The position numbers and the translations under genes are program-made. Shown here one piece after another: positions 1 to 12,385 of a stretch of 64,000 nt of DNA. The notes beneath the pieces were generated by a model, which was given only the letters and a program-made list of their open reading frames with translations, was not told the DNA's origin and made no database searches. The DNA is from Eledone cirrhosa (lineage: Eukaryota), in assembly GCA_964016885.1 (NCBI GenBank), contig OZ024743.1, forward strand, positions 53,630,001 to 53,694,000, in the 5' to 3' direction. The first letter of the stretch is position 1, and every line of letters starts with the position of its first letter.

Positions 1-190
1 TTAAACTTTGCTTCACGACATCTTCTACATACGGATTACATTGAGTTCTTCATACGGTTTAGACCCTTCCATTGATTGGTAGATTTATCTCTGTGTGTGC
101 ATATGTATATATATATATATGCCAGTTTAGTCGCCAACGACCCGACCATGGGACAGGTTGTACATATACATACATACATACATACATACA

Positions 191-300
<110 letters not shown>

Positions 301-302
301 TG

Positions 303-875
303 TATCCCAGTACAACCTGTCTCATGGTCGGGTCGTTGGCGACTAAACTGGCAACCCCACCAAGATTTCTTGGTGAGGAGGGTGACTTTGGACATCCTGC
401 AGGACTAAAAACAAAACTTGTCAAAGGGCAAAGGAGCTCTTAAGAGTCAATGGCCATCCAAAATCACCGGGAGAGATAACCCCTTAGCCTTTGTCAGGGC
501 AGAATTCTAGGAGAAGGAAAACTCTGATATAACACCTGCAACACTGATGGTATCCAATGATGTTGACTTGTTCTTCTTTTTGGTAAATATCATCTTGGTT
601 AAGAGAGTGGGACTGGCTTTGTGCAGTGCCTTTGCTCACTATAAAAGCTTCACGGCACAGGCATTGCTTTATATCTGGAGATCTCTCTGCACTTGTCGTC
701 ACATGGTACCATGGGCCCAGCACTGTGTCAATAATTGTCACAAGTGTAGTGTTTGTACCAGAGTTTTCAAGTCGCTGGCTGGACTAAAAAGTCACACTCG
801 TTCAGCGCATCGGTAGGGGTTCTCCTACATGGATATAAAGTAGTGGCCGTACTCGAAAACGAGTTGGCAGCCACC
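303..875 (+). mobile_element. Non-autonomous RTE-derived element (RTE 5'UTR-like part fused to C2H2 zinc-finger/3' tail), copy 1
   Basis: Near-identical to 8449-9028(-) and 57584-58126(-). Contains ctaggagaaggaaaactctga (RTE 5'UTR-like) and encodes CSVCTRVFKSLAGLKSHTRSAH*. Lies between (TATG)n and (TA)n. Confidence 0.7.
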
Positions 876-1149
876 ATATATATATATATATAGTGAGGGA
901 CTGGGACAGAGAGTGGATGGCGGCATGTTCCATATTTGTTTAAGGTATGATAATTTCTTTTTAATTACACACTAATCCGTTTGAAGTGTACCGACATGAA
1001 AAGAGGCTGAGTACCTCACCTCTACCACATCTCCTATTCGAACCAGCAACCCCCACTGAGCACTCAAGCAGGAGTGGCGCCATCTACCTATCTCAATTAA
1101 TAATAAATATATTTAATAAATAAATACACATAAATAAAATAGACAGACG

Positions 1150-1460
1150 GCACCACGACCTCCACAGTCGCCAATGCACCGTCACCACCATAACCACTTT
1201 CACAGCCACTTGCCCCACCATTGCCACTACCATCGCTACCTCCACCACAACTGTCACAGCCACTTGCCCCATATCTTCCACTACCATCGTCACCGCCACC
1301 ACTACTAATACCACTATCCACTTATCGCCGTTGCTACCACCCCTACCACTACCACCGCTGTCGCCGTCTCCACCACCACCACCACTAATATCACTATCAC
1401 TATCGCTATTACCACCACTGCCCCCCTCAACACCACCACCACCACCGCCATCATCACCAA
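1150..1460. repeat. Degenerate (ACC/ACT)n low-complexity tract
   Basis: caccaccaccactaata-type repeats visible directly. Confidence 0.75.
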
Positions 1461-1536
1461 GAATTTAGCGTCTACTCTGTTGCTTGATGATAGCCGAAGA
1501 AAGGCGATTGCAGGCGAACATTCGGTTAATACGTAA

Positions 1537-1870
1537 ATGTGTGTGAGTGTGCGTGCGTGTTTGTGCCTGCATGTGTGTAAGTGTGTAAGTGTAAGTGTGT
1601 GTGTGGGGGGGGGGGGGGGCTATGGGTGTGTGTGAGAGAGTGTGTGTGAGTGTGTGTGTGTGAGTGTGTGTGAGAGTGTGCGTGCGTATGTGCGTGTGTT
1701 TGTGAGTGTGTGTGTGAGAGTGTGTGTAAGTATGTGTGTGTGGGTAAAGGTGTGTAAGTATATGTGTGTGTGGGTAAAGGTGTGTGTATGTGCGAATGTT
1801 GTGTGAGTGTGAGCGTGTGTGTGAGTATGTGTGTGAGTGTGTGTGTGTGAGTGTGTGTCTGTGTGTGTAG
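1537..1870. repeat. (TG)n/(TGAG)n compound microsatellite
   Basis: Direct inspection. Confidence 0.9.
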
Positions 1871-1874
1871 TGAA

Positions 1875-2180
1875 AGTGTGTGGGTTGCGGTTAAGGTGTT
1901 CAGCTTACGATCTTAAAGTTCGATTCCCAGCGCCGTGTTTTGTCTTTCAGCAAGACATTTTATTTCACGTTGATCCAGTCCACTCAAAAATGATTCATAC
2001 CAAAATTTCAATGGGTCAACTTTGTCACTCACAGTGTCATACTGAATCTCCCTGAGAGTTAGTTAAAGGTGTACGTGTCTGTGGAATGCTCAACCACTTG
2101 CACGTTGATTTCAGGAACAGACTTGTTCTGTCGATCGAATCAACTGGAGCACTCATCGTCAAAATAGCCGGAGGTCCGTT
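1875..2180 (+). mobile_element. tRNA-derived SINE family B (V-domain-like core)
   Basis: B-box gttcgattcc, core agcaagacattttatttcacgttg, tail ctgaatctccctgagag...caactggagcactcatcgtc; shared with the copies at 19855, 20990 and 28815. Confidence 0.7.
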
Positions 2181-2461
2181 CCACTATCCCACATTAATCT
2201 ATTTTAACCAGCGTTCTGTGGACATTGCCGTATATAGGCTAATACAGGCTGATCAGTTATCCGAACATGTGGAGCAGTCATCGCCGAAACCGACCGAGGT
2301 CCACTCTAGCTTTGACTTTCATTGCTGAATAACGGGCAAATGTTGGCGATTCATTGGTTAGTTAAGTCATTTGTTCCTTTGGTGACGAATGGTTTCCATA
2401 CAAACATATCGAATGAAAAGCTCGACATTGTTTCCTCATAACTTCCTTTAAAATGTTTATA

Positions 2462-5400
2462 GATGGTATGATATGGTATAGTATGGTGTGGTATGGTATG
2501 GTATGGTATGGTGTGGTATGGTATGGTATGGTTGGTATAGTATGGTATGGTGTGGTATGGTATGGTATGGTATAGTATGGTATGGTGTGGTATGGTGTAG
2601 TATGGTATGGTATAGTATGGTATGGTGTGGTATGGTATGGTGTGGTATGGTGTAGTATGGTATGGTATGGTATAGTATGGTATGGTGTGGTATGGTATGG
2701 TGTGGTATGGTGTAGTATGGTATGGTATAGTATGGTATGGTGTGGTATGGTATGGTGTGGTATAGTATGGTATGGTGTGGTATGGTATGGTATGGTATAG
2801 TATGGTATGGTGTGGTATGGTGTAGTATGGTATGGCATGGTATAGTATGGTATGGTGTGGTGTAGTATGGTATGGTATGGTATGGTATGGTGTAGTATGG
2901 TATGGTGTGGTATGGTATGGTGTGGTATAGTATGGTATGGGATGGTATGTCATGGTATGGTATGGTGTGGTATAGTTTGGTATGGTATGGTGTGGTATAG
3001 TTTGGTATGGTATGGTGTGGTGTAGTATGGTGTGGTATGGTATGGTATGGTGTGGTATGGTGTGGTATGGTATGGTGTGGTATGGTATGGTATAGTATGG
3101 TATGGTGTGGTATGGTATGGTGTGGTATGTTGTGATATGGTATGGTATGGTGTGGTGTGGTGTGGTATGGTATGGTGTGGTATGGTGTGGTATGGTATAA
3201 TATGGTGTGGTATGGTATGGTATGATATGGTGTGGTATGGTATGGTATGGTATGGTATGGTGTGGTATGGTATGATATGGTGTGGTATGGTATGATATGG
3301 TATGATATGGTGTGGTATGGTATATGGTGTGGTATGGTATGGTGTGGTATGGTATGGTGTGGTGTGGTATGGTATGGTATGGTGTGGTATGGTGTGGTAT
3401 GGTATGGTGTGGTATGGTATGGTATGGTATTGTGTGGTGTGGTATGGTATGGTGTAGTATGGTATGGTGTGGTGTGGTATGGTGTGGTGTGGTATGGTAT
3501 GGTATGGTGTAGTATGGTATGGTATTGTGTGGTGTGGTGTGGTGTGGTATGGTGTGGTGTGGTATGGTATGGTGTGGTGTGGTATGGTATGGTATGGTAT
3601 GGTATGGTATGGTATGGTATGGTATTGTGTGGTGTGGTATGGTATTGAATGGTGTGGTATGGTGTGGTGTGGTATGGTATGGTATGGTGTGGTATGGTAT
3701 GGTATTGTGTGGTGTGGTGTGGTATGGTATTGTGTGTTGTGGTGTGGTGTGGCATGGTATGGTATGGTATTGTGTGGTGTGGTGTGGTGTGGTGTGGTAT
3801 GGTATGGTGTGGTATGGTGTGGTGTGGTGTGGTATGGTATGGTGTGGTGTGGTGTGGTGTGGTATGGTGTGGTGTGGTATGGTATGGTGTGGTGTGGTGT
3901 GGTGTGGTATTGTGTGGTGTGGTGTGGTGTGGTGTGGTGTGTTGTGGTGTGGTATGGTATGGTATGGTGTGGTATGGTATGGTATTGTGTGTTGTGGTGT
4001 GGTGTGGTATGGTATGGTATCGTGTGGTATGTTGTGATATGGTATGGTATGGTGTGGTATGGTATGGAGTGATATGGTATGGTATGGTGTGGTATGGTGT
4101 GGTATGGTATGGTGTGGTATGGTGTGGTATGGTATGGTATGGTGTGGTATGCTATGGTGTGGTGTGGTGTGGTGTGGTGTGGAATGGTATGGTATGGTGT
4201 GGTATGTTGTGATATGGTATGGTATGGTGTGGTATGGTATGGAGTGATATGGTGTGGTATGGTATGGTATGGTATGGTGTGGTATGGTATGGTGTGGTAT
4301 GTTGTGATATGGTATGGTATGGTGTGGTATGGTATGGAGTGATATGGTGTGGTATGGTGTGGTATGGTGTGGTATGGTATGGTATGGTATGGTGTGGTAT
4401 GGTATGGAGTGATATGGTGTGGTATGGTATGGTATGGTGTGGTATGGTATGGTGTTGTATGGTATGGTATGGTATGGTGTGGTATGGTATGGTGTGGTAT
4501 GTTGTGATATGGTATGGTATGATGTGGTATGGTATGGCGTGATATGGTGTGGTATGGTATGGTATGGTTTGGTATGGTATGGTATGGTATGGTTTGGTAT
4601 GGTATGGTGTGGTATGGTATGGAGTGATATGGTATGGTATGGTTTGGTATGGTATGGTGTGGTATGGTATGGTATGGTATGGTTTGGTATGGTATGGTAT
4701 GGTATGGTATGGTATGGTATGGTATGGTATGGTTTGGTATGGTATGGTATGGTATGGTATGGTATGGTATGGTATGGTATGGTATGGTATGGTATGGTAT
4801 GGTATGGTATGGTTTGGTATGGTATGGTATGGTATGGTATGGTATGGTATGGTATGGTATGGTGTGGTATGGTATGGTATGGTATGGTTTGGTATGGTAT
4901 GGTATGGTATGGTATGGTATGGTATGGTATGGTATGGTATGGTATGGTATGGTATGGTTTGGTATGGTATGGTATGGTATGGTATGGTATGGTATGGTAT
5001 GGTATGGTGTGGTATGGTGTAGTATGGTATGGTGTAGTATGATATGGTATGGTATGGAGTGATATGGTGTGGTATGGTATGGTATGGTATGGTTTGGTAT
5101 GGTGTGGTATGTTGTGATATGGTATGGTATGATGTGGTATGGTATGGAGTGATATGGTGTGGTATGGTATGGTATGGTATGGAGGGGAATTGTTGAGAGT
5201 ATTCCAACTTACAAGATCGAATGATGATAAAGTTATCTAAAAGTGTGCAGAGATCCTCTTCCCATGCTGTAGGTTGTGATTATGTTGTTAACATTAAAAA
5301 AAAAGAAAAGAATTTCTTTTTTTGTGGTATGGTATGGTGTGGTGTGGTATGGTATGGTGTAGTATGGTATGGTATTGTGTGGTGTGGTGTGGTGTGGTAT

Positions 5401-6582
5401 GGTGTGGTGTGGTATGGTATGGTGTGGTGTGGTATGGTATGGTATGGTATGGTATGGTATGGTATTGTGTGGTGTGGTATGGTATTGAATGGTGTGGTAT
5501 GGTGTGGTGTGGTATGGTATGGTATGGTGTGGTATGGTATGGTATTGTGTGGTGTGGTGTGGTATGGTATATGGTGTGGTATGGTGTGGTATGGTATGGT
5601 ATGGTGTGGTATGGTATGGTGTTGTATGGTATGGTATGGTATGGTATGGTGTGGTATGGTATGGTGTGGTATGTTGTGATATGGTATGGTGTGGTATGGT
5701 ATTGAATGGTGTGGTATGGTGTGGTGTGGTATGGTTTGGTATGGTGTGGTATGGTATGGTATTGTGTGGTGTGGTGTGGTATGGTATTGTGTGTTGTGGT
5801 GTGGTGTGGCATGGTATGGTGTTGTATGGTATGGTATGGTATGGTATGGTGTGGTATGGTATGGAGTGATATGGTGTGGTATGGTATGGTGTGGTATGGT
5901 ATGGTATGGTATGGTATGGTATGGTATGGTATGGTGTGGTATGGTATCGTGTGGTATGTTGTGATATGGTATGGTATGGTATGTTATGCTATCGTGTGGT
6001 ATGTTGTGATATGGTATGGTATGGTGTGGTATGGAGTGATATGGTGTGGTATGGTATGGTATGGTGTGGTATGGTATGGTATCGTGTGGTATGTTGTGAT
6101 ATGGTATGGTGTGGTATGGTATGGAGTGATATGGTATGGTATGGTGTGGTATGGTATGGTATGGTATGGTGTGGTTTATTGTGATATGGTATGGTATGGT
6201 GTGGTATGGTATGGTATGGTATGGTGTGGTATGGTATGGTATGGTATGGTTTGGTATGGTGTGGTATGTTGTGATATGGTATGGTATGATGTGGTATGGT
6301 ATGGAGTGATATGGTGTGGTATGGTATGGTATGGTATGGTTTGGTATGGTGTGGTATGTTGTGATATGGTATGGTATGATGTGGTATGGTATGGAGTGAT
6401 ATGGTGTGGTATGGTATGGTATGGTATGGTTTGGTATGGTGTGGTATGTTGTGATATGGTATGGTATGATGTGGTATGGTATGGAGTGATATGGTGTGGT
6501 ATGGTATGGTATGGTATGGTATGGTATGGTATGGTATGTTGTGGTATGGTATGGTATGGTATGGTATGGTATGGTATGGTAT
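2462..6582. repeat. (TGGTA/TGGTG)n pentanucleotide satellite in two blocks (2462-5182, 5324-6582)
   Basis: Direct inspection. Variant landmarks (tattgtgt, tattgaat, ggcatgg, ggagtgat) recur in both blocks. All MVWYG/HTIPY ORFs derive from this array. Confidence 0.97.
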
Positions 6583-6724
6583 GGAGGGGAATTGTTGAGA
6601 GTATTCCAACTTACAAGATCGAATGATGATAAAGTTATCTAAAAGTGTGCAGAGATCCTCTTCCCATGCTGTAGGTTGTGATTATGTTGTTAACATTAAA
6701 AAAAAAGAAAAGAATTTCTTTTTT
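5180..6724. repeat. Identical ~143-bp non-satellite segment duplicated (5180-5323 = 6582-6724), 1402-bp period
   Basis: ggaggggaattgttgagagt...gaatttctttttt present twice. Confidence 0.92.
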
Positions 6725-6727
6725 CAA

Positions 6728-7165
6728 TATTCTCGGGTCTTGAATAATCGTCCTCTACCCTCGTTTATTAATTTTTCAGATTTTTTTCCACCATTCCCCT
6801 CTTGTATTCCCTCGCACCCTCCGCTTATTAAGTTTTGCTACTTGATTTCTGGTGACAATTAATTTTCTTTAGACATTAAAAAACATTATACATAATAAAA
6901 AAAATAGTAAATTACTAGAAGTCCCATACATTATAAAATAAATAGGATGAGTTGGGGTATTAATATGTAAACTAAACGACTAATTCTGGGTTTTAAAACA
7001 TTAACGGAGACAACCTCGAATATTTACCGATTTTCCAACCACTCTCGTATTCCCCTCCGCTTATTCCAACTCTCCCGCTTATTTCCCCCCTCCCCTTATT
7101 CCCCCTCCCGCTTATTCCAGCTACTCTGCTTCTTTCACCTTACTTCCGCTTACCTCCTCCCCTAT
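6728..7165. mobile_element. ~440-bp TIR MITE (copy 1; reverse copy 34122-34573; partial 55915-56095)
   Basis: Ends tctcgggtcttgaataatcg / ctattattttaggacccgaaag. Internal aaataaataggatg..ttggg..aatatgtaaactaaacgactaat shared by all three copies. Confidence 0.7.
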
Positions 7166-7443
7166 TATTTAGGACCCGAAAGTTCTTTGATATCATATAG
7201 TTTTCCATTTGTGTTAGCAGTAGGTTAAATATAAACTCGGAAATCTTTTCAACATAACCTTGCAGCGCTGAGCTGTTAATGAATAATACATACCAAGATA
7301 ATATCATGGATTTTCCACAGACATATCTACAATTATGTGTAATGACATATCTACAATTATGTGTTGTGAAATATATACAGAAACTGCGTAATTTGACGGC
7401 TGTAGCTTGAAAAAGTTCGTCACTCCCATATTAATGTTTAGAG

Positions 7444-7917
7444 CAGAGGTTCTCAAACTTTTGGGGCCACCTCACGGCCACGTAATACCCTCAGCGCCCC
7501 CCACCATCAGTCTGTGATGACACATCCAAATCTTACTAGCAGAGAAAGTGGACATTAAACAATGATGGTGATGATGTTAGTTTATCATTAGTAACATAGA
7601 TGTAAAAAAATGTGATTTTGCCAATAAGAATAAAGACATCTAAGAGATTGTGTAGAATCTACACAATCTCATAGATGTCTTTATTATAGATGTCTATATA
7701 TCTTTATTATAGATGTCTATATAAATGCTTAATATACATATGCAATATATTTGTAAAAAAAAGAAAAAACAAGCTATTTATTGTTTAAAATTTAAACAAT
7801 AAATAGCTTTTTTTTTTCTTTTTTTTAATACTACACTGTCGCCCCCTAACCGTCCCCCGATATCAAAGCACCGCCCCCAGGGAGGGGGGGGGGTACCGCC
7901 TACTTTGGGAAACAATG
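7444..7917. mobile_element. hAT (Charlie-like) MITE
   Basis: Termini cagaggttctcaaact / actttgggaaacaatg; 8-bp TSD gtttagag / gttcagag. Confidence 0.7.
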
Positions 7918-8123
7918 GTTCAGAGTATATTAGGGGTTGGGATATATGGAGGATGTCTGAGGTAAGGATTATGGAAGATATCTTAGTTCTAATATAGACA
8001 TTTAGTTCATGATTGGCTTTGTTTTTATAAATGTATTATTTCCGAGTTTGGAATTCAAAGGTCTTATCCACTAGATATTTTGTTTATTGTTGGCTTTGGT
8101 TTCTGAGTGTATTATTTATGTAT

Positions 8124-8252
8124 AGGGCGGTGGATTGGCAGTATCGGTGGAGGGTCGGACACCATGCCTTTCATCCTTACGGGGTCGATAAAACAAAGTA
8201 CCAGTAATGTACTGGGATAATTGCTGGCCTTGTGCCAAAAGTAGAAACAATT
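8124..8252 (+). mobile_element. tRNA-derived SINE family A (Deu/Nin-like core), internally deleted
   Basis: A-box tggcagtatcggt; core gcctttcatccttacggggtcgataaaa..gtaccag; direct repeat attatttatgtatagggc at 8111 and 8250. Confidence 0.8.
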
Positions 8253-8448
8253 ATTTATGTATAGGGCATTCAATAATTACTTTGTATTTGTTCTAGGTAT
8301 GTCTACATTCAGAATCATGTATTTGATGGTCCTACTTACTTATTTGCATATATATATATGTGTGTGTATACAATGTGCATATATGTATATATATAATATG
8401 TGGACGGGGGAGGGCAGGGAGGCCATACTCCTCCACCCCCCAATGATT

Positions 8449-9028
8449 ATACGGCCACTACTTTATATCCATGTAGGAGAACCCCTACCGGTGCGCTGAA
8501 CGAGTGTGACTTTTTAGTCCAGCAACTTGAAAACTCTGGTACAAACACTACACCTGTGACAATTATTGACACATAGTGCTGGGCCCATGGTACCATGTGA
8601 CGACAAGTGCAGAGAGATCTCCAGATATAAAGCAATGCCTGTGCTGTGAAGCTTTTATAGTGAGCAAAGGCACTGCACAAAGCCAGTCCCTCTCTCTTAA
8701 CCAAGATGATATTTACCAAAAAGAAGAACAAGTCAACATCATTGGATACCATCAGGGTTGCAGGTGTTATATCAGAGTTTTCCTTCTCCTAGAATTCTGC
8801 CTTGACAAAGGCTAAGGGGTCATCTCTCCCGGTGATTTTGGATGGCCATTGACTCTTCAGAGCTCCTTTGCCCTTTGACAGGTTTTGTTTTTAGTCCTGC
8901 AGGATGTCCAAAGTCACCCTCCTCACCAAGAAACCTTGGTGGGGTTGCCAGTTTAGTCGCCAACGACCCGACCATGAGACAGGTTGTACTGGGATACATG
9001 TTACCAGTAGCACCAACTGGTGACCTGA
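8449..9028 (-). mobile_element. Non-autonomous RTE-derived element, copy 2
   Basis: Reverse complement of 303-850 with a slightly longer 5' end, abutting (TACA)n. Confidence 0.75.
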
Positions 9029-9069
9029 CATACATACATACATACATACATGTATGATTGTTTCATCTT

Positions 9070-9430
9070 ATCATGATAGCCGTCTCAAAACCATCTCAAT
9101 CTCTCCAGCAAATTTACACCCTGCCATGTGCACGGAGGAGATGAAGTCTGATTTACAAATCTTTGGCACAAGTAACTGATGTATGCCAGAGTGTGTACTG
9201 GGTTTATTGGATCAGAATGTGAAATCTGATATTGATGAACTTCATATGGCGTTTTAACCCGTAAGTTGTCTTACATATCTTGCTACGAATTTGATGAGTA
9301 GTCACATCTGGAGGGGCAGGAAATTTACCAACGTAATCTGCATGTGTCATTGTCTGTTCATGTGTTTTCATATGGTTTACAAAGCCAGCTTTAGAGAGAA
9401 GGACAGGGTGACAGAAATTGCAATTCCAAA
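9070..9430 (-). mobile_element. RTE-like LINE 3' fragment with degenerate C2H2 fingers
   Basis: CNFCHPVLLSKAGFVNHMKTH...CKTTYGLKRHMK. Confidence 0.5.
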
Positions 9431-9597
9431 TACATACGTAAATAAGACACGTACATAATACATACGTACATATACATGCATATACATACAATTGTACATA
9501 CATACAAAAATACACACACTCACACATACATATACATACATACATACATACATACATACATACATACATACATACATACATACATACATACATACAT

Positions 9598-10112
9598 AAT
9601 TAGCTGCGCAGCAGATGCCAATATAATATCAAAGATTAGTGAAAAGGAGAACATTTATGCAGAACTGATGAGAAATCTGCAGATACTCCACCCTGATTAC
9701 ACCTTCAGATTTATGCCTGTGATTATTGGGGCACTGGGGTATGTTAGTAACTGCCTAAATACAAATCTTGAGAAGCTAGGCTTCACAGGAACAGAAAGAA
9801 CACAACTAGTTAGGAAATTACAAGTACAATCCATTAATGGAACAGTAAAAATATGTAAAACATTCCAAAAATTTTGCATCTAATAACTGTATATACACAT
9901 GTACAGATACAAAGCATATACACATGCACACATACAACTCAAAACATACACATCCACTCATACAATAACATCCATATCTACACATGCATGCATACATACG
10001 TATCTACCTAGTTGATGTTGTGTAAATTCCAATGAGAGAGTCTTGTGTCTATGTTAGAAACCGACTCTCTCTCTATTGGTAAAACTTTGTGAAATTATAA
10101 AACCAGAAGAAC
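9598..10112 (+). mobile_element. R4/Dong-like non-LTR retrotransposon 3' end, family A (restriction-like endonuclease C-terminus + 3'UTR)
   Basis: ISCAADANIISKISEKENIYAEL...FMPVIIGALGYV..L...LEKLG...QVQSINGTVKICKTF matches the REL C-terminus of R4/Dong elements. Flanked by (TACA)n-type repeats. Confidence 0.75.
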
Positions 10113-10231
10113 ATACACAAATACACACACAAACACATACATATGTACATACATACAAAAATATACACACTAACACATACATACATGCATACATACATAC
10201 ATACATTCATACATACGTGCATACATACATC

Positions 10232-10411
10232 TGGACAAAGAGCGCAGCTCCCTAATTCATGGTCTACAAATGGCTGCGATAGCTGGCACCTTCAAAATTT
10301 GCAAAACATTCTTGCGATTCAAGGGATGACAATTTCTTTTCTTTTACAACCTTGCCACCAGGAAGTTGACCAGTCAAAAAAATATACTCGAAATTAAGAG
10401 TAAGAGATAAC
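10232..10411 (+). mobile_element. R4/Dong-like 3' end, family B (short)
   Basis: Encodes ...LQMAAIAGTFKICKTFLRFKG*. Matches 17590-17768. (TACA)n on both sides. Confidence 0.7.
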
Positions 10412-10726
10412 ATACATACATACATGCATACACACATACATACAGTTTGTATTGGTTGAGGTTTTGGAATGAATTGTTGTGGGAACGAATAAGATTTTTG
10501 GTAACGAATGGGATTCGTTAGCATAGATTCCACTGTATTTGGCCAAACATTCGGTTAATAGGTATATTGTTTGATAAATTTAGCGAAATGTCTTCTTCTG
10601 ACAGTTTTATCTTTGTAATGTCAAGTTGTCAACACAGCTATTTGTCTTCTGGTGGGGAGATGAGAGATTTAGACCCCAGGACAAAACATCTGCCGCCTTA
10701 CATTCAACTGGAAATATATGACTATG

Positions 10727-12035
10727 GTGATGATGATGATGATATATGGTGGTGGCGGCAGCGATGATGATAATAGTGAGAACGACAACGACGAAGGCGT
10801 CGACGATTAAGGTTGATTGATGACTATGATGATGATAATAGGTGGCGTGGAGGTGGCGGCGATGATGATGATGATGATGATGATGGTGAGAACGACGGCG
10901 ACGACGGCGACATAGACGATGATTAAGGTTTACGACTATGATGATGATGATAATAGATGATGGTGGTGGTGGTGGTAGTGGTGGTGGTCGTGGTGGCAGC
11001 GGTGATGGTGGTGGTAGTAGTGATGGCGGTGGTAGTAGTGATGGCGGTGGTGAGAATAGATGGTGGTGGTGATGGTAGTGATGATGATGAGAATAGATGG
11101 TGGTGGAGGTGGTGGTAGTGGTGGTGATGGTGGTGGTAGTAGTGGTGATGATGGTGGTGGTAGTAGTGGTGGTGGTAGTGGTGGTGATGATGATAATAGA
11201 TGGTGGTGGTGGTAGTAGTGGTGGTGGTAGTGGTGGTGATGATGATAATAGATGGTGGTGGTGGTAGTAGTGGTGGTGGTAGTGGTGGTAGTGATGATGA
11301 TGAGAATAGATGGTGGTGGTAGTGATGGTGGTGGTGGTAGTAGTGGTGGTGGTGGTGGTAGTGATGATGATGAGAATGGATGGTGGTGGTGGTGGTGGTA
11401 GTGATGGTGGTCGTGGTGGTGATGATGATGAGAATAGATGGTGGTGGTAGTGGTGGTGGTAGTGGTGGTGATGGTGGTGGTGGTAGTGGTGGTGATGGTG
11501 GTGGTGGTAGTGGTGATGATGATGAGAATAGATGGCGGTAGTGGTGGTAGTGGTGGTGGTGGTAGTGGTCGTAGTGGTGGTAGTGGTGGTAATGGTGGTG
11601 GTGGTCGTGGTGGTGGTAGTGGTGGTAGTGGTGGTGATGATGATGAGAATAGATAGTGGTGGTGTTGGTAGTAGTGGTGATGGTGGTGGTGGTAGTGGTG
11701 GTGATGGTGGTGGTGATGGTGGTGGTGATGGTGGTGGAAGTAGTGGTGGTGATGGTGGTGGTGGTAGTGGTGGTGATGGTGGTGGTGGTAGTGGTGGTGA
11801 TGGTGGTGGAAGTAGTGGTGGTGATGGTGGTAGTGGTAGTGGATGTGATGGTGGTGGTGGTAGTGGTGGTGATGAGAATGACGACGACGTGAACGATGAT
11901 TATGATGATGATGATGATGATGAAGATGGTAGTGGTGATGGTGCGGGTTGTGTTGGCAGTGGTGATGATGTATACTACGACCTTGTTGATGATGATGACA
12001 ATGAAGATTGTAGTGGTGTTAATGGTGGTGGTGAA
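10727..12035. repeat. (GGT/GAT/AGT)n trinucleotide array with higher-order unit marked by gatgatgagaatagat
   Basis: Direct inspection; source of the poly-T/H/V/G ORFs. Confidence 0.9.
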
Positions 12036-12307
12036 ATCGACGAGGTTGTGTTTGCATTTCATTCTTCTGTCAATCAAGTATCAATCAAGTAGTGAGTTCG
12101 ATTTAAGGAGGATAATTGTCAGAATTGTTGGGGATGTCGGATTAAATGCCGCAGTCTTTGTTCCGACACTCTACGTTCCAAGATCAAATCTAGTCGAGAA
12201 ACTGAATAGTGTGCTATATATAAAATAGCGCACAAACCATGTGCGCTATTTTATATATAGCACACTATTCAGTTTCTTAATATACTTAGAAGTGTCTAGG
12301 ATAATTC

Positions 12308-12385
12308 ATCACCCACTGATGAGCTTGAATTGGTAATTCTATTCACAATTAACATTGCGAAACAACAACAAGTTGTCTGGGTGAT
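12308..12385 (+). ncRNA. Type I hammerhead ribozyme (canonical core)
   Basis: ATCACCCA-CTGATGA-GC..GC-GAAA-CAAC aacaa GTTG-TC|TGGGTGAT: 8-bp stem I, intact core, GUC cleavage after 12377. Confidence 0.85.

Noticed and set aside
2351-6626. Long ORFs (HTIPY/MVWYG repeats, up to 432 aa)
   Set aside because: Translations of a stop-poor pentamer satellite on both strands and in all frames.
8900-9028. Possible HDV-like ribozyme at the RTE-derived element 5' end (GGTCACC/GGTGACT pairing)
   Set aside because: P3/L3, P1.1 and J4/2 could not be placed by eye.
9665-9680. CTGATGAGAAA (similar cases at 25772-25787 minus, 33793 and 47050)
   Set aside because: Within TE coding sequence with no supporting stems.
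10923-12092. 384-aa Thr/His/Pro-rich and Gly/Asp-rich ORFs
   Set aside because: Trinucleotide array open in several frames; composition switches with frameshifts; no domain.
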